From positions 189,922 through 253,921 of IMG/VR virus record IMGVR_UViG_3300041411_000129: a stretch of DNA of 64,000 nucleotides. One strand, 5' to 3'. A model generated the notes under the pieces. It was not told the origin of the DNA. It saw only the letters and a program-made list of their open reading frames with translations, and searched no databases. Position 1 is the stretch's first letter. Each line of letters begins with the position of its first letter. A program made the position numbers and the translations under genes. Below, piece by piece: positions 47,094-57,068 of this stretch.

Positions 47094-50000
47094 TCACTTG
47101 ATGCTACGTTCCATCCACGTCAGCAGAGCGATGATTGTGTCCTTAGCAATCACGTCTGGATGAGGTAGACCTTCCACGAAGACTTGACTAACACCCTGGT
47201 GATACCACTTATCGTAGAAATCCATGTACAGGGGATTGTCGTAATCGTAGATAGCGTCACTGAACTCAGACCCATCCGAATGATCCAGCCAAGTGAACCA
47301 GTAGTCCTTCTCATACATCGGAAGGAGCTGCTCGATCAACTTAACTGCCTGTAGAATCTCAGCTTGTGTCAACGCCTTGATCGTTTCAGGAGCCTTCACT
47401 GGAGTTTCGCGACTGTCAATCCAAATGTCGAATTCACGTTTCTCTACCTTAGTAGTGAATGCCGTGTGTCCGCCGATAGAATGAGTAGGTTTCAGATCAA
47501 CGATAGGGGTTGGGATTTTCTTGAAGTCGGCGATAGCCTTCTCCCCCAACTCCTTAACCTTATCCGCATCATCCGCCTTGATCGCCGCGATAATCTTCGG
47601 TACTACACCTTTGTAGATCGATTGAACTGCGTCGTTCATGGCTTTCAATTGACCATGGAACTTATCACACAACCGACTGGCGTCACCTACAGCGCTACTG
47701 ACCGCAGGAATGGAGTCCAAGAACTTACCGTTCAGCGAGAGTGCCTGAGCGATACCACCACTCGATACCGTGCTATTGAAAGTCTGCTCCGACAACCATT
47801 TGCTATTGCCGAAGTATTCTTTCAGGTATCTGTCAATACCTGTCGCATCGAGCATGTTGTGTTTTTCTTTAATGACGGCCTTGTTCCTGGCTTCATCCAT
47901 CTTCTTCTTTGGATCGCCGACGATCAGATTTTTAATGCTCTTCATCATGTCGGAGAAACCTTCAAAGGAAGGCGGAATGACTTTAATCTGCACAGAGTAG
48001 CCGTGCAGTGCCTGCCTGACGTCAACAGGTACGCAACGAACGATGTTCTTGCTGACTTCGCCTTGAGTCTTGTACTCACCAGACAATCCATTGACTGGGT
48101 TGTAGTTTGCCATCCAACCATCTTTGACGTCCGGTTTGATCGTGTACAGGAATACCTGCAACGCATGAACGTCAGTAATAGTCAGAGGTTCGTTCGACTC
48201 GATCTCGATACGACGGCCAGTGAACTTGTAACGGTTGAGTTTGAACTTCTTCTCGATAGCCGAGGAGATACCCAACATCACCGCCGTGTCCTTGTCGTCA
48301 GCAGCGTACAGCCATTCATTAGTCTCGCACTTATCCCAACGCACGATCTCACCACTACGTTGGAAGCCAGGCAGAAGCTCGCCTTGCTTGAACGCAGAGC
48401 CGTGGTAGAGGTATTGCGGCAGATCTACTTCAGGTTCTTCCTGTACAGCGTACGGCGCAATGGTGTCGCCAACTTCACGGGAATAAGCAGCCGATTCCGA
48501 GTTCCAGCCTTCACCACCGCCACGATGCATGTCGCCTTGGAAGACGCCCAGCAGATCAGCAACGAACGACCCTAAGTCAGCCATGAAGTCGAACACTTCC
48601 AGAGACAGAGTCTCGGTGTCCACGTTCTTGATGCCGAGGATAGATGCGGTCATTTCAGCCGACCACGTCAGGATGTCGTTACTGCGGGTGGAGATGTTTG
48701 GAGCATCGCCAGTATCCAGCAAGAAGTCGAAGACGAATACTTCACTGTCTTGACCCAACCGGGCAGCACGAGCGATTGTCTGTGTGCGGATCGCATCACG
48801 GAACGGTTGGTTGAGCATCAGGATGGTGTTTGCAACGGTCAGTGGTACGGCCGTAGACAAACTCTGGAATGTAGCGACCAGAGGATTGAGGTCCTCATCC
48901 TTGTAGTACTTGGCCACGATGGTTGGTAAGTCCTTATTGGTCTCACCGTACACCTTCGCTGGAGTATACCCATCGTGGTACAGTTTGTCGGCAGCAGCTT
49001 CCAGCACTTCAACGTAACTGGTGAAGATCAGCGTCTTCTTCTTAGCCGCATCGATGTACTTCTCGAGATCGATGTGCGCCAGCATATCCAGGTGGCATGC
49101 ACTGCGGGCCTTACCAAGCACCCCGCCGAGCGCCTCACCCATGATTTTCAACTTGACATATTTAACTACACTGCGGGCGCCTTTGAACTCAGCTTTCAGA
49201 GAACCATTCAGCCTTGGCATGATGGTCTTCAGCTCGTACCGATTACAGAGCTGAGCCTCAGCCTTCATGGTCATCGGATCAAATCCGCCAGATACAGTTG
49301 CGAAAGCAGATCGATAAGCGTTGAACTCACGACGATCAAGATCAGTACGAAGAGTCTTCTCAAATTCATTGAGACCTTCCTTGTACTTATCTTCGTAGAA
49401 CTTCCGGTTCTTCTCGTAGTAGTCCTTGCGTTCATCAATGAACTTACGCATCCGAGCGCCGATGGCTTCCAACGTATAGTCGTTACCATTAGGCATCTTC
49501 ACCATGACCTGTTCCACAGTCACCACTGTGTCTACCACGTCCTGTTTAGGAACGTGATACTTCAGGTGACCGATGCGGTTACGGAGAATGTCGTTTGCGC
49601 GTTTAGCGTCCTTGCCGTAGATCTTACGGAAGGCTTCTTCGCAGTTATCATCAAAGTACGGATCGACACACTTAAGGAAAGGAATACATTCCGATCCCAT
49701 CGCTTGGATTGGTGTACCGGACATCCATAGGCAGTAAGCGATAGTCGGCATCTTACACATCTCGACCAATAGCTGGGTGCGGTCAGCGGCAAGACGGTTG
49801 AAGTTGTGCGACTCATCGACGATGATCATGGCGTCTTTGAATTCGCGAGGGTTGGCTTTAACGAAGTCGAAGATCGTTTGGATCGATTCGTAGTGGCAAA
49901 CGTAGAAGTGCTCGTCCAGCGTCGGGAGACGACCTTCAGTACTCACCCAGTAACGACGCTTGGTCATCATGATGTCTTGGATGGTATCCTTCCAAACACG

Positions 50001-50549
50001 CTCTGCGGCGTTCTTAGGAGTGAAGACGATAACCTTAGGCGCATGTAGTGCCTCGCTCAACACGAGAGCTGTAACAGTCTTACCGGTGCCTGCGCCAGCA
50101 TCGAGCAGATAACCTTTAAGCTTGTAAGCAGGGACCATCCGACCGTACAGTTGAGCGAACTCACGCTGGAAAGGCTTCAGTGGGAATGGAACCTGATTGT
50201 CCACTACAGACATGTCAGTGATCGACTTGACATCACGGTCTACGTCACCGAGCCAAGTCTTCTCACGTAGCTCCTCGATGACCTTAGCCAGTACACGCTT
50301 CGGCGTACGGGTCTGCTTGTCATCGTACAGCGTTTGACACATGTAAAGGAAGTCGAATCCGAAGAAGTGACGCATCTTGAATTCGCTACTTCGAACATTC
50401 TGGAACATGTACTTGTAGAGAGCGTTGGTTCCCCAGAGACGATACACGTCCTTGAAGAACAGCATCGTACTGATACCTTCCACTACAATGAAATCACGGG
50501 TAGTGGTTACGTCCACTAATCCAAGACGCCGCCTTAATCCTGCTAACAT
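47094..50549 (-). CDS. SNF2/DEAD-like superfamily 2 helicase with two C-terminal accessory domains
   Basis: DAGAGTGKT, IVDESH, MSGTP, QTIARAARLGQ in first ~650 aa; ~500-aa extension. Confidence 0.85.
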   Translation of the reverse strand: MLAGLRRRLGLVDVTTTRDFIVVEGISTMLFFKDVYRLWGTNALYKYMFQNVRSSEFKMRHFFGFDFLYMCQTLYDDKQTRTPKRVLAKVIEELREKTWLGDVDRDVKSITDMSVVDNQVPFPLKPFQREFAQLYGRMVPAYKLKGYLLDAGAGTGKTVTALVLSEALHAPKVIVFTPKNAAERVWKDTIQDIMMTKRRYWVSTEGRLPTLDEHFYVCHYESIQTIFDFVKANPREFKDAMIIVDESHNFNRLAADRTQLLVEMCKMPTIAYCLWMSGTPIQAMGSECIPFLKCVDPYFDDNCEEAFRKIYGKDAKRANDILRNRIGHLKYHVPKQDVVDTVVTVEQVMVKMPNGNDYTLEAIGARMRKFIDERKDYYEKNRKFYEDKYKEGLNEFEKTLRTDLDRREFNAYRSAFATVSGGFDPMTMKAEAQLCNRYELKTIMPRLNGSLKAEFKGARSVVKYVKLKIMGEALGGVLGKARSACHLDMLAHIDLEKYIDAAKKKTLIFTSYVEVLEAAADKLYHDGYTPAKVYGETNKDLPTIVAKYYKDEDLNPLVATFQSLSTAVPLTVANTILMLNQPFRDAIRTQTIARAARLGQDSEVFVFDFLLDTGDAPNISTRSNDILTWSAEMTASILGIKNVDTETLSLEVFDFMADLGSFVADLLGVFQGDMHRGGGEGWNSESAAYSREVGDTIAPYAVQEEPEVDLPQYLYHGSAFKQGELLPGFQRSGEIVRWDKCETNEWLYAADDKDTAVMLGISSAIEKKFKLNRYKFTGRRIEIESNEPLTITDVHALQVFLYTIKPDVKDGWMANYNPVNGLSGEYKTQGEVSKNIVRCVPVDVRQALHGYSVQIKVIPPSFEGFSDMMKSIKNLIVGDPKKKMDEARNKAVIKEKHNMLDATGIDRYLKEYFGNSKWLSEQTFNSTVSSGGIAQALSLNGKFLDSIPAVSSAVGDASRLCDKFHGQLKAMNDAVQSIYKGVVPKIIAAIKADDADKVKELGEKAIADFKKIPTPIVDLKPTHSIGGHTAFTTKVEKREFDIWIDSRETPVKAPETIKALTQAEILQAVKLIEQLLPMYEKDYWFTWLDHSDGSEFSDAIYDYDNPLYMDFYDKWYHQGVSQVFVEGLPHPDVIAKDTIIALLTWMERSIK

Positions 50550-50671
50550 GGTAATCCCCGTTGTTTCGAAGTAGTGGAGGTAAATGACATAAAATGTGTC
50601 TCTACCTATTCGAGTGATTTACAAGCATACATCATTGAACTAGATAACCCCAATCGACCGAGGAGGTCGCG

Positions 50672-51217
50672 ATGTCTGAGTTAAAAGATCCGTACGTTTT
50701 GTTTGAAGCACTGGTAGCAATTTCTAAGGGCTGTACCAACGTAACTCAAGCCAAGAACATCGCAGCACAAGCACTTAAAGACTATAGCGCTGGTGATGTT
50801 CGCCTAGCCGTAAAGTCTGGCGTCGATAAGGTTACTGGCGCTGTCTTCCAGAAGGTCACTCCGGGGATGTATACGAAACCCGGTAGCAATCTCACTAGTT
50901 ACGTTCTGGACATTCCTTATAACGAAGAGTGCGAATATCGCTGCGTGTATGTCAGTTACCGCAACGGTGATTCCACTCGATTCATTCTTGAGACTCCTAA
51001 AGGCGTTGATACTAACGTCCTCAAGAACGATCTCAAAGATGCTGGTCTCGGCTGGTATCTACGCAATAATCCTGATTTCAAATACTGGATTCTCGAGGAT
51101 GTCGCTCGGACCGCAATTGAAGCGGGTTTCAAACCAACCACTCCGGTAATCACTATCCGGGAGTGGAACCATAACAAACGTTTCCGTCATGGCTACATTG
51201 TAGTGGCCAAACACTAA
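50672..51217 (+). CDS. hypothetical protein
   Basis: SD hairpin 50655-50669. Confidence 0.75.
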   Translation: MSELKDPYVLFEALVAISKGCTNVTQAKNIAAQALKDYSAGDVRLAVKSGVDKVTGAVFQKVTPGMYTKPGSNLTSYVLDIPYNEECEYRCVYVSYRNGDSTRFILETPKGVDTNVLKNDLKDAGLGWYLRNNPDFKYWILEDVARTAIEAGFKPTTPVITIREWNHNKRFRHGYIVVAKH

Positions 51218-52560
51218 TGAGGAACCCATCGATGTCTAGCACTACCTCTATTGCGTTCTCCACAGTTAACCGTTATTCACCTCAAGCGGCGTACCCTGTC
51301 AGTAACCCAATCAACCTGATGGTGGATAAGACCACCGCTGATAACTGGCCCGAACGTTCCAACTACCGAAAGGATACTGCTCATGACCGTATCTTCGATG
51401 CGGCGCAAGAGAATCGGTTACAGTTCGTTATCACCCACACCGTGAGTCAGACTGCATCCTCGACTGTCGTTCACCACATGTTCGGTTATGCCGACCATGA
51501 TGGTAATCCTGAACTCATGTCCGACGACATACAGCTCTTCTTCAGCCGTGCGATCACAATCCGCTCGGCACAGGTGCGTGACATCACTGGTATTCGTACC
51601 ATCTCCAACGTGGTAGAAGACGTGCTGTTAACGCAGGGGTGGATGGAGGGTGCGCGCGTACAACGTCCTGGAGATATCTTCCAGAATCTTAGTGCCGAGT
51701 CAACCTTCAGCGCTTTCTTCACGCCTGGCATGGTGTGCGTTAATCTATCCGGGGCTTTCAAGAAGAACCAAGTGAAGATGATGCACACGAGTAACGAGAG
51801 TCCTACTCGTTACATCAAGACCGTCTCCGATGCGTTACACGGCGCCATCAAAGACTGCATTGCTGATCCGATAGAGATGAAAGACGACTATCTGTTCAGT
51901 GCTGCGCAGGATCGGACGAGCGAACCCGTACTCACTCACCACTGGTTCTTCCATCAGCTAGCGCTTGAAACCGAATATGATCTCGCCGGTTATGTAACTC
52001 TCGGTGACTTCAAGCGGATCTTCGAACCTGAGAATGTATCGTTCACGCTTAATGAATCGGCTGATCGTACAGACCTCACTCCGTGGACTGGCTCGGTGGA
52101 ATCTTATCTGGCCAACCTTCTGATCAACTCTGTCAATGCGAGCATGACTGACTACGGCTACATGTCTGTCAGACTCGACGGCATCATCGGTAAGGGTAAT
52201 GTTCACATTACCCAGCACGCTGTCGGGATGCTTGATCGGAATACGTTCGACGATCTCATCCCTGAGTTCGACATCAAGCGACCGGCGTTTGCTGATGTCG
52301 TGAAGAAAGATCTGAAGATGTTCGTGTGGAATAACGATAGTCCGCCGATCCAGTTCAGCATCGTGGTCGATATCGCTGGCGTGGCTTCAGTCCACCTGAA
52401 AGTGGGCGATGAATCACCTCAGAGGTTTGAACGTCCGATGTACATGGTCGGTATGTTGTCTGGTCAATGGGTGGTGACTGAAAGTACTATCGATAACAAT
52501 CGTGCGTACTTCAAGGATGCCATCAGCGTTCTTACCAGTCGCGCTGTCGTTCAACAGTAA
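51217..52560 (+). CDS. hypothetical protein
   Basis: 447-aa ORF (start may be ATG 51232 after GAGGA). Confidence 0.8.
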   Translation: MRNPSMSSTTSIAFSTVNRYSPQAAYPVSNPINLMVDKTTADNWPERSNYRKDTAHDRIFDAAQENRLQFVITHTVSQTASSTVVHHMFGYADHDGNPELMSDDIQLFFSRAITIRSAQVRDITGIRTISNVVEDVLLTQGWMEGARVQRPGDIFQNLSAESTFSAFFTPGMVCVNLSGAFKKNQVKMMHTSNESPTRYIKTVSDALHGAIKDCIADPIEMKDDYLFSAAQDRTSEPVLTHHWFFHQLALETEYDLAGYVTLGDFKRIFEPENVSFTLNESADRTDLTPWTGSVESYLANLLINSVNASMTDYGYMSVRLDGIIGKGNVHITQHAVGMLDRNTFDDLIPEFDIKRPAFADVVKKDLKMFVWNNDSPPIQFSIVVDIAGVASVHLKVGDESPQRFERPMYMVGMLSGQWVVTESTIDNNRAYFKDAISVLTSRAVVQQ

Positions 52561-52610
52561 GCGGCATAAGCACCCACTCCTTCGGGAGTGGGTGTGGTCG
52601 CTTCTTTTTT

Positions 52611-52928
52611 TTAGAGTTCGGACTCAGGGATGTCAACCATCGACACTGTTTGTCCAGCCAGCTCGTGCGTGCAGTCGCTGAGGAATTCCCACTGCCCGTT
52701 ACGAATGAAGCTGTGGCAAACAACCGCTTCAGTGCAGAACTTATTGAATTGAACCATGATGCTTGGCGAATACGTCGGCATGTTGACGTTACCATCCCAC
52801 TGCCACTGCTGATTACTATCACTCGGTTTATCTACTGCGATGTGGTGCATCCACTTACAGCCTGGGCAATAAAGTCCATGCATGAAGCCTGCGAAGAGTT
52901 CGATCTTAGGTGAGAGTAATTCGCTCAT
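52611..52928 (-). CDS. Zn-binding small protein (DUF6527-like)
   Basis: CPGC..H...WQWDG...PTYSPSI...CHSFIRNGQWEFLSDCTHELAGQTV. Confidence 0.6.
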   Translation of the reverse strand: MSELLSPKIELFAGFMHGLYCPGCKWMHHIAVDKPSDSNQQWQWDGNVNMPTYSPSIMVQFNKFCTEAVVCHSFIRNGQWEFLSDCTHELAGQTVSMVDIPESEL

Positions 52929-52964
52929 GATTTGTATGTCCTATAGAACCATTGGGGAACTAAC

Positions 52965-53396
52965 ATGTCTGGGCTTTCTTACGATCTGGAGCGGCTATTA
53001 AAGCTAGCGCTACGAGATCCATTTCTTGGTCACGCAGCCTTACAGTCGAACATGGAGAACATCACTCCTATCGTCTATAAAGGACACACCGTTGGCTTCG
53101 CAGTTCCGTTCCGTGAAAAGGATGGCTACTGGCGAACTGGTTCTATCTTCATCGAACCTGCATTCCGTCGTAAAGGAATCGCACACGCTTGGATCGAGGA
53201 GTTCATGGAAGGTAAGGCTGGGCGTGCATGGATTGATCCACGTAACGCTTCGAGCATCGCAGCTTACACTGCGGCAGGCTTTACCAAGTCAGGAAGACGT
53301 GTCAAATCAGATAAGACTGGTAACTGGTTTGATGAGTATCTGACAGAAGAAGCAGGTATGGAGAGCAAGCTACCTACGACGCTGCTGGCTTGGTGA
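52965..53396 (+). CDS. GNAT family N-acetyltransferase
   Basis: IFIEPAFRRKGIA motif A; NASSIAAYTAAGF motif B. Confidence 0.85.
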   Translation: MSGLSYDLERLLKLALRDPFLGHAALQSNMENITPIVYKGHTVGFAVPFREKDGYWRTGSIFIEPAFRRKGIAHAWIEEFMEGKAGRAWIDPRNASSIAAYTAAGFTKSGRRVKSDKTGNWFDEYLTEEAGMESKLPTTLLAW

Positions 53397-53410
53397 TCAC
53401 TATTATATAT

Positions 53411-53675
53411 GTACTAGGCTGCTTCGGGCTGATGAAGCCAAGTATCATGCTAGGTGGGCTCACACGCTCCTCCACCTAGCCACTGAGGTCGGGACGCTCT
53501 CCTCGACCTAGGCGTTGATGTTCGCGGGTTCGTCAACGTCTTGTTAGGTACTCAGTACTTAGCCGTTTGAGAATGGTAACGTGAGAGCGCGCCTTTCTCA
53601 AACGGATAGCTACTGCGCCCCTGTGTGTTATCGGTATTCTCCCCACCTACTGGAGCAATCTGGTAGGTGGGGTTT
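53411..53675 (+). ncRNA. candidate multi-hairpin ncRNA with kissing loop
   Basis: Starts at TATG; six tandem hairpins; terminator CCCCACCTAC..GTAGGTGGGG-TTT. Confidence 0.55.
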
Positions 53676-53744
53676 ATGCTGCGTGTTAAGAAACCGCAGC
53701 CACACATTACCATTTCGTATAACATCAATCAATGGAGTAACACC

Positions 53745-54134
53745 ATGGCAGAACGTCTCGTAGCAATTGTCCACATGCACCAAACCGATTCAGACAAACA
53801 CATGTTCGACTATAACGGTCGGATGATCCATATTTGCCCACGACCTTACAAAGAGGACTGTGTCCCAGTCGAGGTGGTTTACGTAAACCTGATTGGAGAT
53901 CTGGTGATCGAGCGTGGTGATGTCTACATGCACGTCCTGAAACACGGTGATCAGGCCGGCTACTCTAAGGCTATGGCGGGTCCTTTCCGGATTGGATTCG
54001 AAGACCTTAAGAAGCGGTTCTATTTCCACTACCTCAAGAAAGAAGGCATCCATAAATGGCGGTGTCCTACAGACGACATCGAACTGGCTTGGGAGCATGC
54101 TCAACCAATGCCGTATAAATCACAGTCAAAATAA
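53745..54134 (+). CDS. hypothetical protein
   Basis: GGAG SD before ATG 53745. Confidence 0.65.
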   Translation: MAERLVAIVHMHQTDSDKHMFDYNGRMIHICPRPYKEDCVPVEVVYVNLIGDLVIERGDVYMHVLKHGDQAGYSKAMAGPFRIGFEDLKKRFYFHYLKKEGIHKWRCPTDDIELAWEHAQPMPYKSQSK

Positions 54135-54211
54135 TTACAGTCATACATTGCGTCAGTACATACACACAACGATATCCATTCCGGATACGTTAAACGACCG
54201 TGGAGGTCAAC

Positions 54212-54604
54212 ATGTCTGCAATCACTCTCGCTACTATCGAAGCCACCCTGCGCGCAGTACTGACTGCTCCTGAAGGCGATCAAGTAATCACCTTCTCTCA
54301 AGGTGCTATCGACCAGATGAATGAAATAACTGACATCATCATCACCGCCACAGGCTACGATGAATCCAAGGTGTCTGAAGACGATCTGATTCTAGCCGCT
54401 TCTTTCGCCAGCTATTTCACCAAAGCCGCAGTTAGTGGTGTGGTTGTAGATGGGGTTATTCAGCCAGCCAAGGAAGAAGAATACCGTGCTGAGCTGGTGA
54501 AGGTAAAAGAAGTCTACAGTCAAGGCGCTGGCATGTGCGGCGTAGCTTTACCTGTAGTTCTTCTTTGCAAGCTATTCAACGAACTGCCTAGCTTCACCCG
54601 TTAA
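54212..54604 (+). CDS. early hypothetical protein (tandem paralog 1)
   Basis: Early motif 54134-54151; SD hairpin 54196-54208. Confidence 0.75.
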   Translation: MSAITLATIEATLRAVLTAPEGDQVITFSQGAIDQMNEITDIIITATGYDESKVSEDDLILAASFASYFTKAAVSGVVVDGVIQPAKEEEYRAELVKVKEVYSQGAGMCGVALPVVLLCKLFNELPSFTR

Positions 54605-54633
54605 TCAACCCAACGTCCGTGGAGGACCGCAAT

Positions 54634-55026
54634 ATGACTACCGATAACATTACAGTTGAATCCATTGAAGCTCTGCTGCGCGATGTAATCACTGCGCCTA
54701 CTGGCGCGCATCTGATCATCATTCCTGAGTCTTCCCTGAAACAACTTCAGGCAGTGAGCGATGCTTTCGTTGAAGCTTCCAACCTCGATGTTAACAACGT
54801 TGGCAAGGACGCTTTACTGGCTGCGAAGTTCGCGGCTGAGATGTACAGCAAAGACCACATCACCGGTGAGATCGTTGCCGGTGAATTGATCGCTTACGAT
54901 CAGGAAGCATTGGACAAGAACCTCAAGTCCATTCGTGAACACCCAGACTTCGTCAATGAAGGCTTGGCGCTTACGATCTACCTGATCAACAAGATCTTCG
55001 CTGAAGTTAAACAATTCCGTCGTTAA
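54634..55026 (+). CDS. early hypothetical protein (tandem paralog 2)
   Basis: SD hairpin 54615-54627; similar to upstream gene. Confidence 0.75.
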   Translation: MTTDNITVESIEALLRDVITAPTGAHLIIIPESSLKQLQAVSDAFVEASNLDVNNVGKDALLAAKFAAEMYSKDHITGEIVAGELIAYDQEALDKNLKSIREHPDFVNEGLALTIYLINKIFAEVKQFRR

Positions 55027-55036
55027 GGAGATTGCG

Positions 55037-55360
55037 ATGCTTGAATGGCTCCATGCACACGGCATAACGATCGTCTGCGTGCTTAACATCATCGCAGCCT
55101 CATCCATAATCTACGGAGTACTTGCCCGAAACTATTGGGCCAATGAAGAATCCCACGAGTACTGGGAAAGGGCTATCAAGAAGAAGTGTATTCAGATTGA
55201 TAAGCTCTGTCAAAAGAAGGGGTACAAACTACGTCCAGCTGATGCAGCATTATTAGTCTGGGCTGCTGGACATTCCACTGTAAGGGAGTATACTCGTAAA
55301 CAGCTGGAGCCGTATTACATTCAGCTGAATGACGTGCTACAACAGATCGAGAAACACTAG
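55037..55360 (+). CDS. membrane-anchored hypothetical protein
   Basis: AAGGAG SD; TM segment. Confidence 0.7.
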   Translation: MLEWLHAHGITIVCVLNIIAASSIIYGVLARNYWANEESHEYWERAIKKKCIQIDKLCQKKGYKLRPADAALLVWAAGHSTVREYTRKQLEPYYIQLNDVLQQIEKH

Positions 55361-55389
55361 ACTACCTATCGCCCGAGGAGGGCAAATTT

Positions 55390-55836
55390 ATGTTCTGCGC
55401 AACCCGTAATGAAGTAGCTGTGACCAAGAAACGCTTCGTCAATCTGACTGAAGATGATTTCAACGTTGGCATGTACACCATCGCGACTAAGCTGAACAAG
55501 TTCGCCGACTTCGCGATGTTCCAATCTTCGCATGACGAAGATGGCTTGCGGATGACTTTCTTTGTAGAGAATGCCAAAGGCGAAGAGATCGTTAAAGGGA
55601 TCTACCGCAAATGGGCTCAGCTGTTGGCTAACACCATGAAGACTGGTGCAGCTAAACGTAAGATGTACGACACGACTCAGATCGCCGTACGTCAAATACG
55701 TCACCCGTATGCGGAAGGTCGAGACATCCCAGTGTGGGTTTGGGAGATCTCTACCAAATACGAACTTCGCACCAACACCGATGCAGTCTACGATTTACTG
55801 AAGACCGCTATCGAATACGTTGAGAAGCATCACTAA
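55390..55836 (+). CDS. hypothetical protein
   Basis: SD hairpin 55371-55383. Confidence 0.7.
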   Translation: MFCATRNEVAVTKKRFVNLTEDDFNVGMYTIATKLNKFADFAMFQSSHDEDGLRMTFFVENAKGEEIVKGIYRKWAQLLANTMKTGAAKRKMYDTTQIAVRQIRHPYAEGRDIPVWVWEISTKYELRTNTDAVYDLLKTAIEYVEKHH

Positions 55837-55891
55837 TCGATTACCGGCGGGGTTTCTCCCCGCCAACACTTTCTTATTTAGGAGCTACACC

Positions 55892-56593
55892 ATGAACAAT
55901 ATTCAAGATGCTGGTGTTGTACTGGCTGCATTGGCTGAAGCCGGTGGCCGTTATGTTGACGATCACATTGATCGTGAAGCTACCGTAAAGCACGCTGCAA
56001 TCTTCCAGCGTGCTAACTCTCGTGACGTATGCGTACCAATCCTCAGCGGGCAGTACTTCTGCCTCAACGGCATGTACATCGGCGAAGATTCGAAAGTCCA
56101 CCTGTCCAAGGAATCTGTTGGCGGCGTGGTTGACGGTCGAACGCTTGGTGTGAAAGAATCGATCGAATACTTCAACAAAGTTTATCAGCCTTCTCGGTTG
56201 ATCGACCTGACTGAATTCGAAGCGCGTCCTGCGGCCGCTACCCGATCTGTCTTCAAGAAGCACGAAAGCTTCTACGCTTACAACGTCGTCGACACTCACG
56301 ACGCAGCAGGTACGATCTTCTACCGCAACACTTATTACAACACCATTCGTGAGAAGGATTGTGTTGACTGGCAGATCGCTCGTGCGGTGCAGCTGAGTCC
56401 AACTGACGTGTACGTACGTGAGTACACTGCGGATGGTGCGATCAGTCACTACATCCACATGCCGGTAATGGAGAAGTTGATTGAGCACCGCGACTTCTGC
56501 AAGAACGCTGGTATTCCGTACGGCGAGATCCACAACGTAGACGCCATCAAAGCAGCTATCGTTGAGTTCTACCAGATCCGCGCTGGCAAGTAA
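55892..56593 (+). CDS. hypothetical protein
   Basis: AGGAG SD before ATG 55892; terminator 56599-56628. Confidence 0.75.
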   Translation: MNNIQDAGVVLAALAEAGGRYVDDHIDREATVKHAAIFQRANSRDVCVPILSGQYFCLNGMYIGEDSKVHLSKESVGGVVDGRTLGVKESIEYFNKVYQPSRLIDLTEFEARPAAATRSVFKKHESFYAYNVVDTHDAAGTIFYRNTYYNTIREKDCVDWQIARAVQLSPTDVYVREYTADGAISHYIHMPVMEKLIEHRDFCKNAGIPYGEIHNVDAIKAAIVEFYQIRAGK

Positions 56594-56669
56594 GAGGGTG
56601 GGGACTTCGGTCCCCATTCTTTTTTTTTGTCGTGATCCGTAATTAATTACTGTGGCGATGTGATACTAT

Positions 56670-56985
56670 GTAGAAACGCCCTCATTGATTAGTCAATGCA
56701 CAGTTGATACACCTAGCTCTTTTACAACTTATTAGTCTCCCTCAAGATAGTAAGGACGAACTCATACGTCCAGCTCCCTCTGATAGACACAAGCATCGCT
56801 GGTATAAAGCCCAGCACACCCCTAGCGGTCTTACAGAGTCTGACCGCGTTCCCTTAGAGTTTGGAATAGAACCAGTACAGTACGGGTCCAATCGCCGCGA
56901 TTGCTTTAGTACTCGAACAAACGTGCCGGGCCTTTCGGAGCATCCCGTAAGAAATATAAAGCCCGGCCTCGCGCCGGGCTTTATG
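56670..56985 (+). ncRNA. candidate multi-hairpin ncRNA
   Basis: ATCCGTAATTAATTAC-N16-TATG promoter; string of short hairpins; ends at palindromic hairpin. Confidence 0.45.
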
Positions 56986-57068
56986 CCGCATGTGTAATAA
57001 AAGAAAACAGAGTCTTATATTGTACACTTGAATCTATACCGCCCCTAATACCCGCACGGAGCATTAAC

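Noticed and set aside
47364-49730. 403-aa and 251-aa + strand ORFs
   Set aside because: Antisense shadows of the helicase gene
51217-52560. Possible phage RNA polymerase subunit or nucleus-related protein
   Set aside because: No diagnostic motif recognised; needs a profile search
53429-53445. Hammerhead ribozyme core CTGATGA
   Set aside because: No correctly placed GAAA and three-stem junction found
56704-56997. 97-aa ORF
   Set aside because: TTG start without SD, and it runs through the terminal hairpin; better explained as ncRNA
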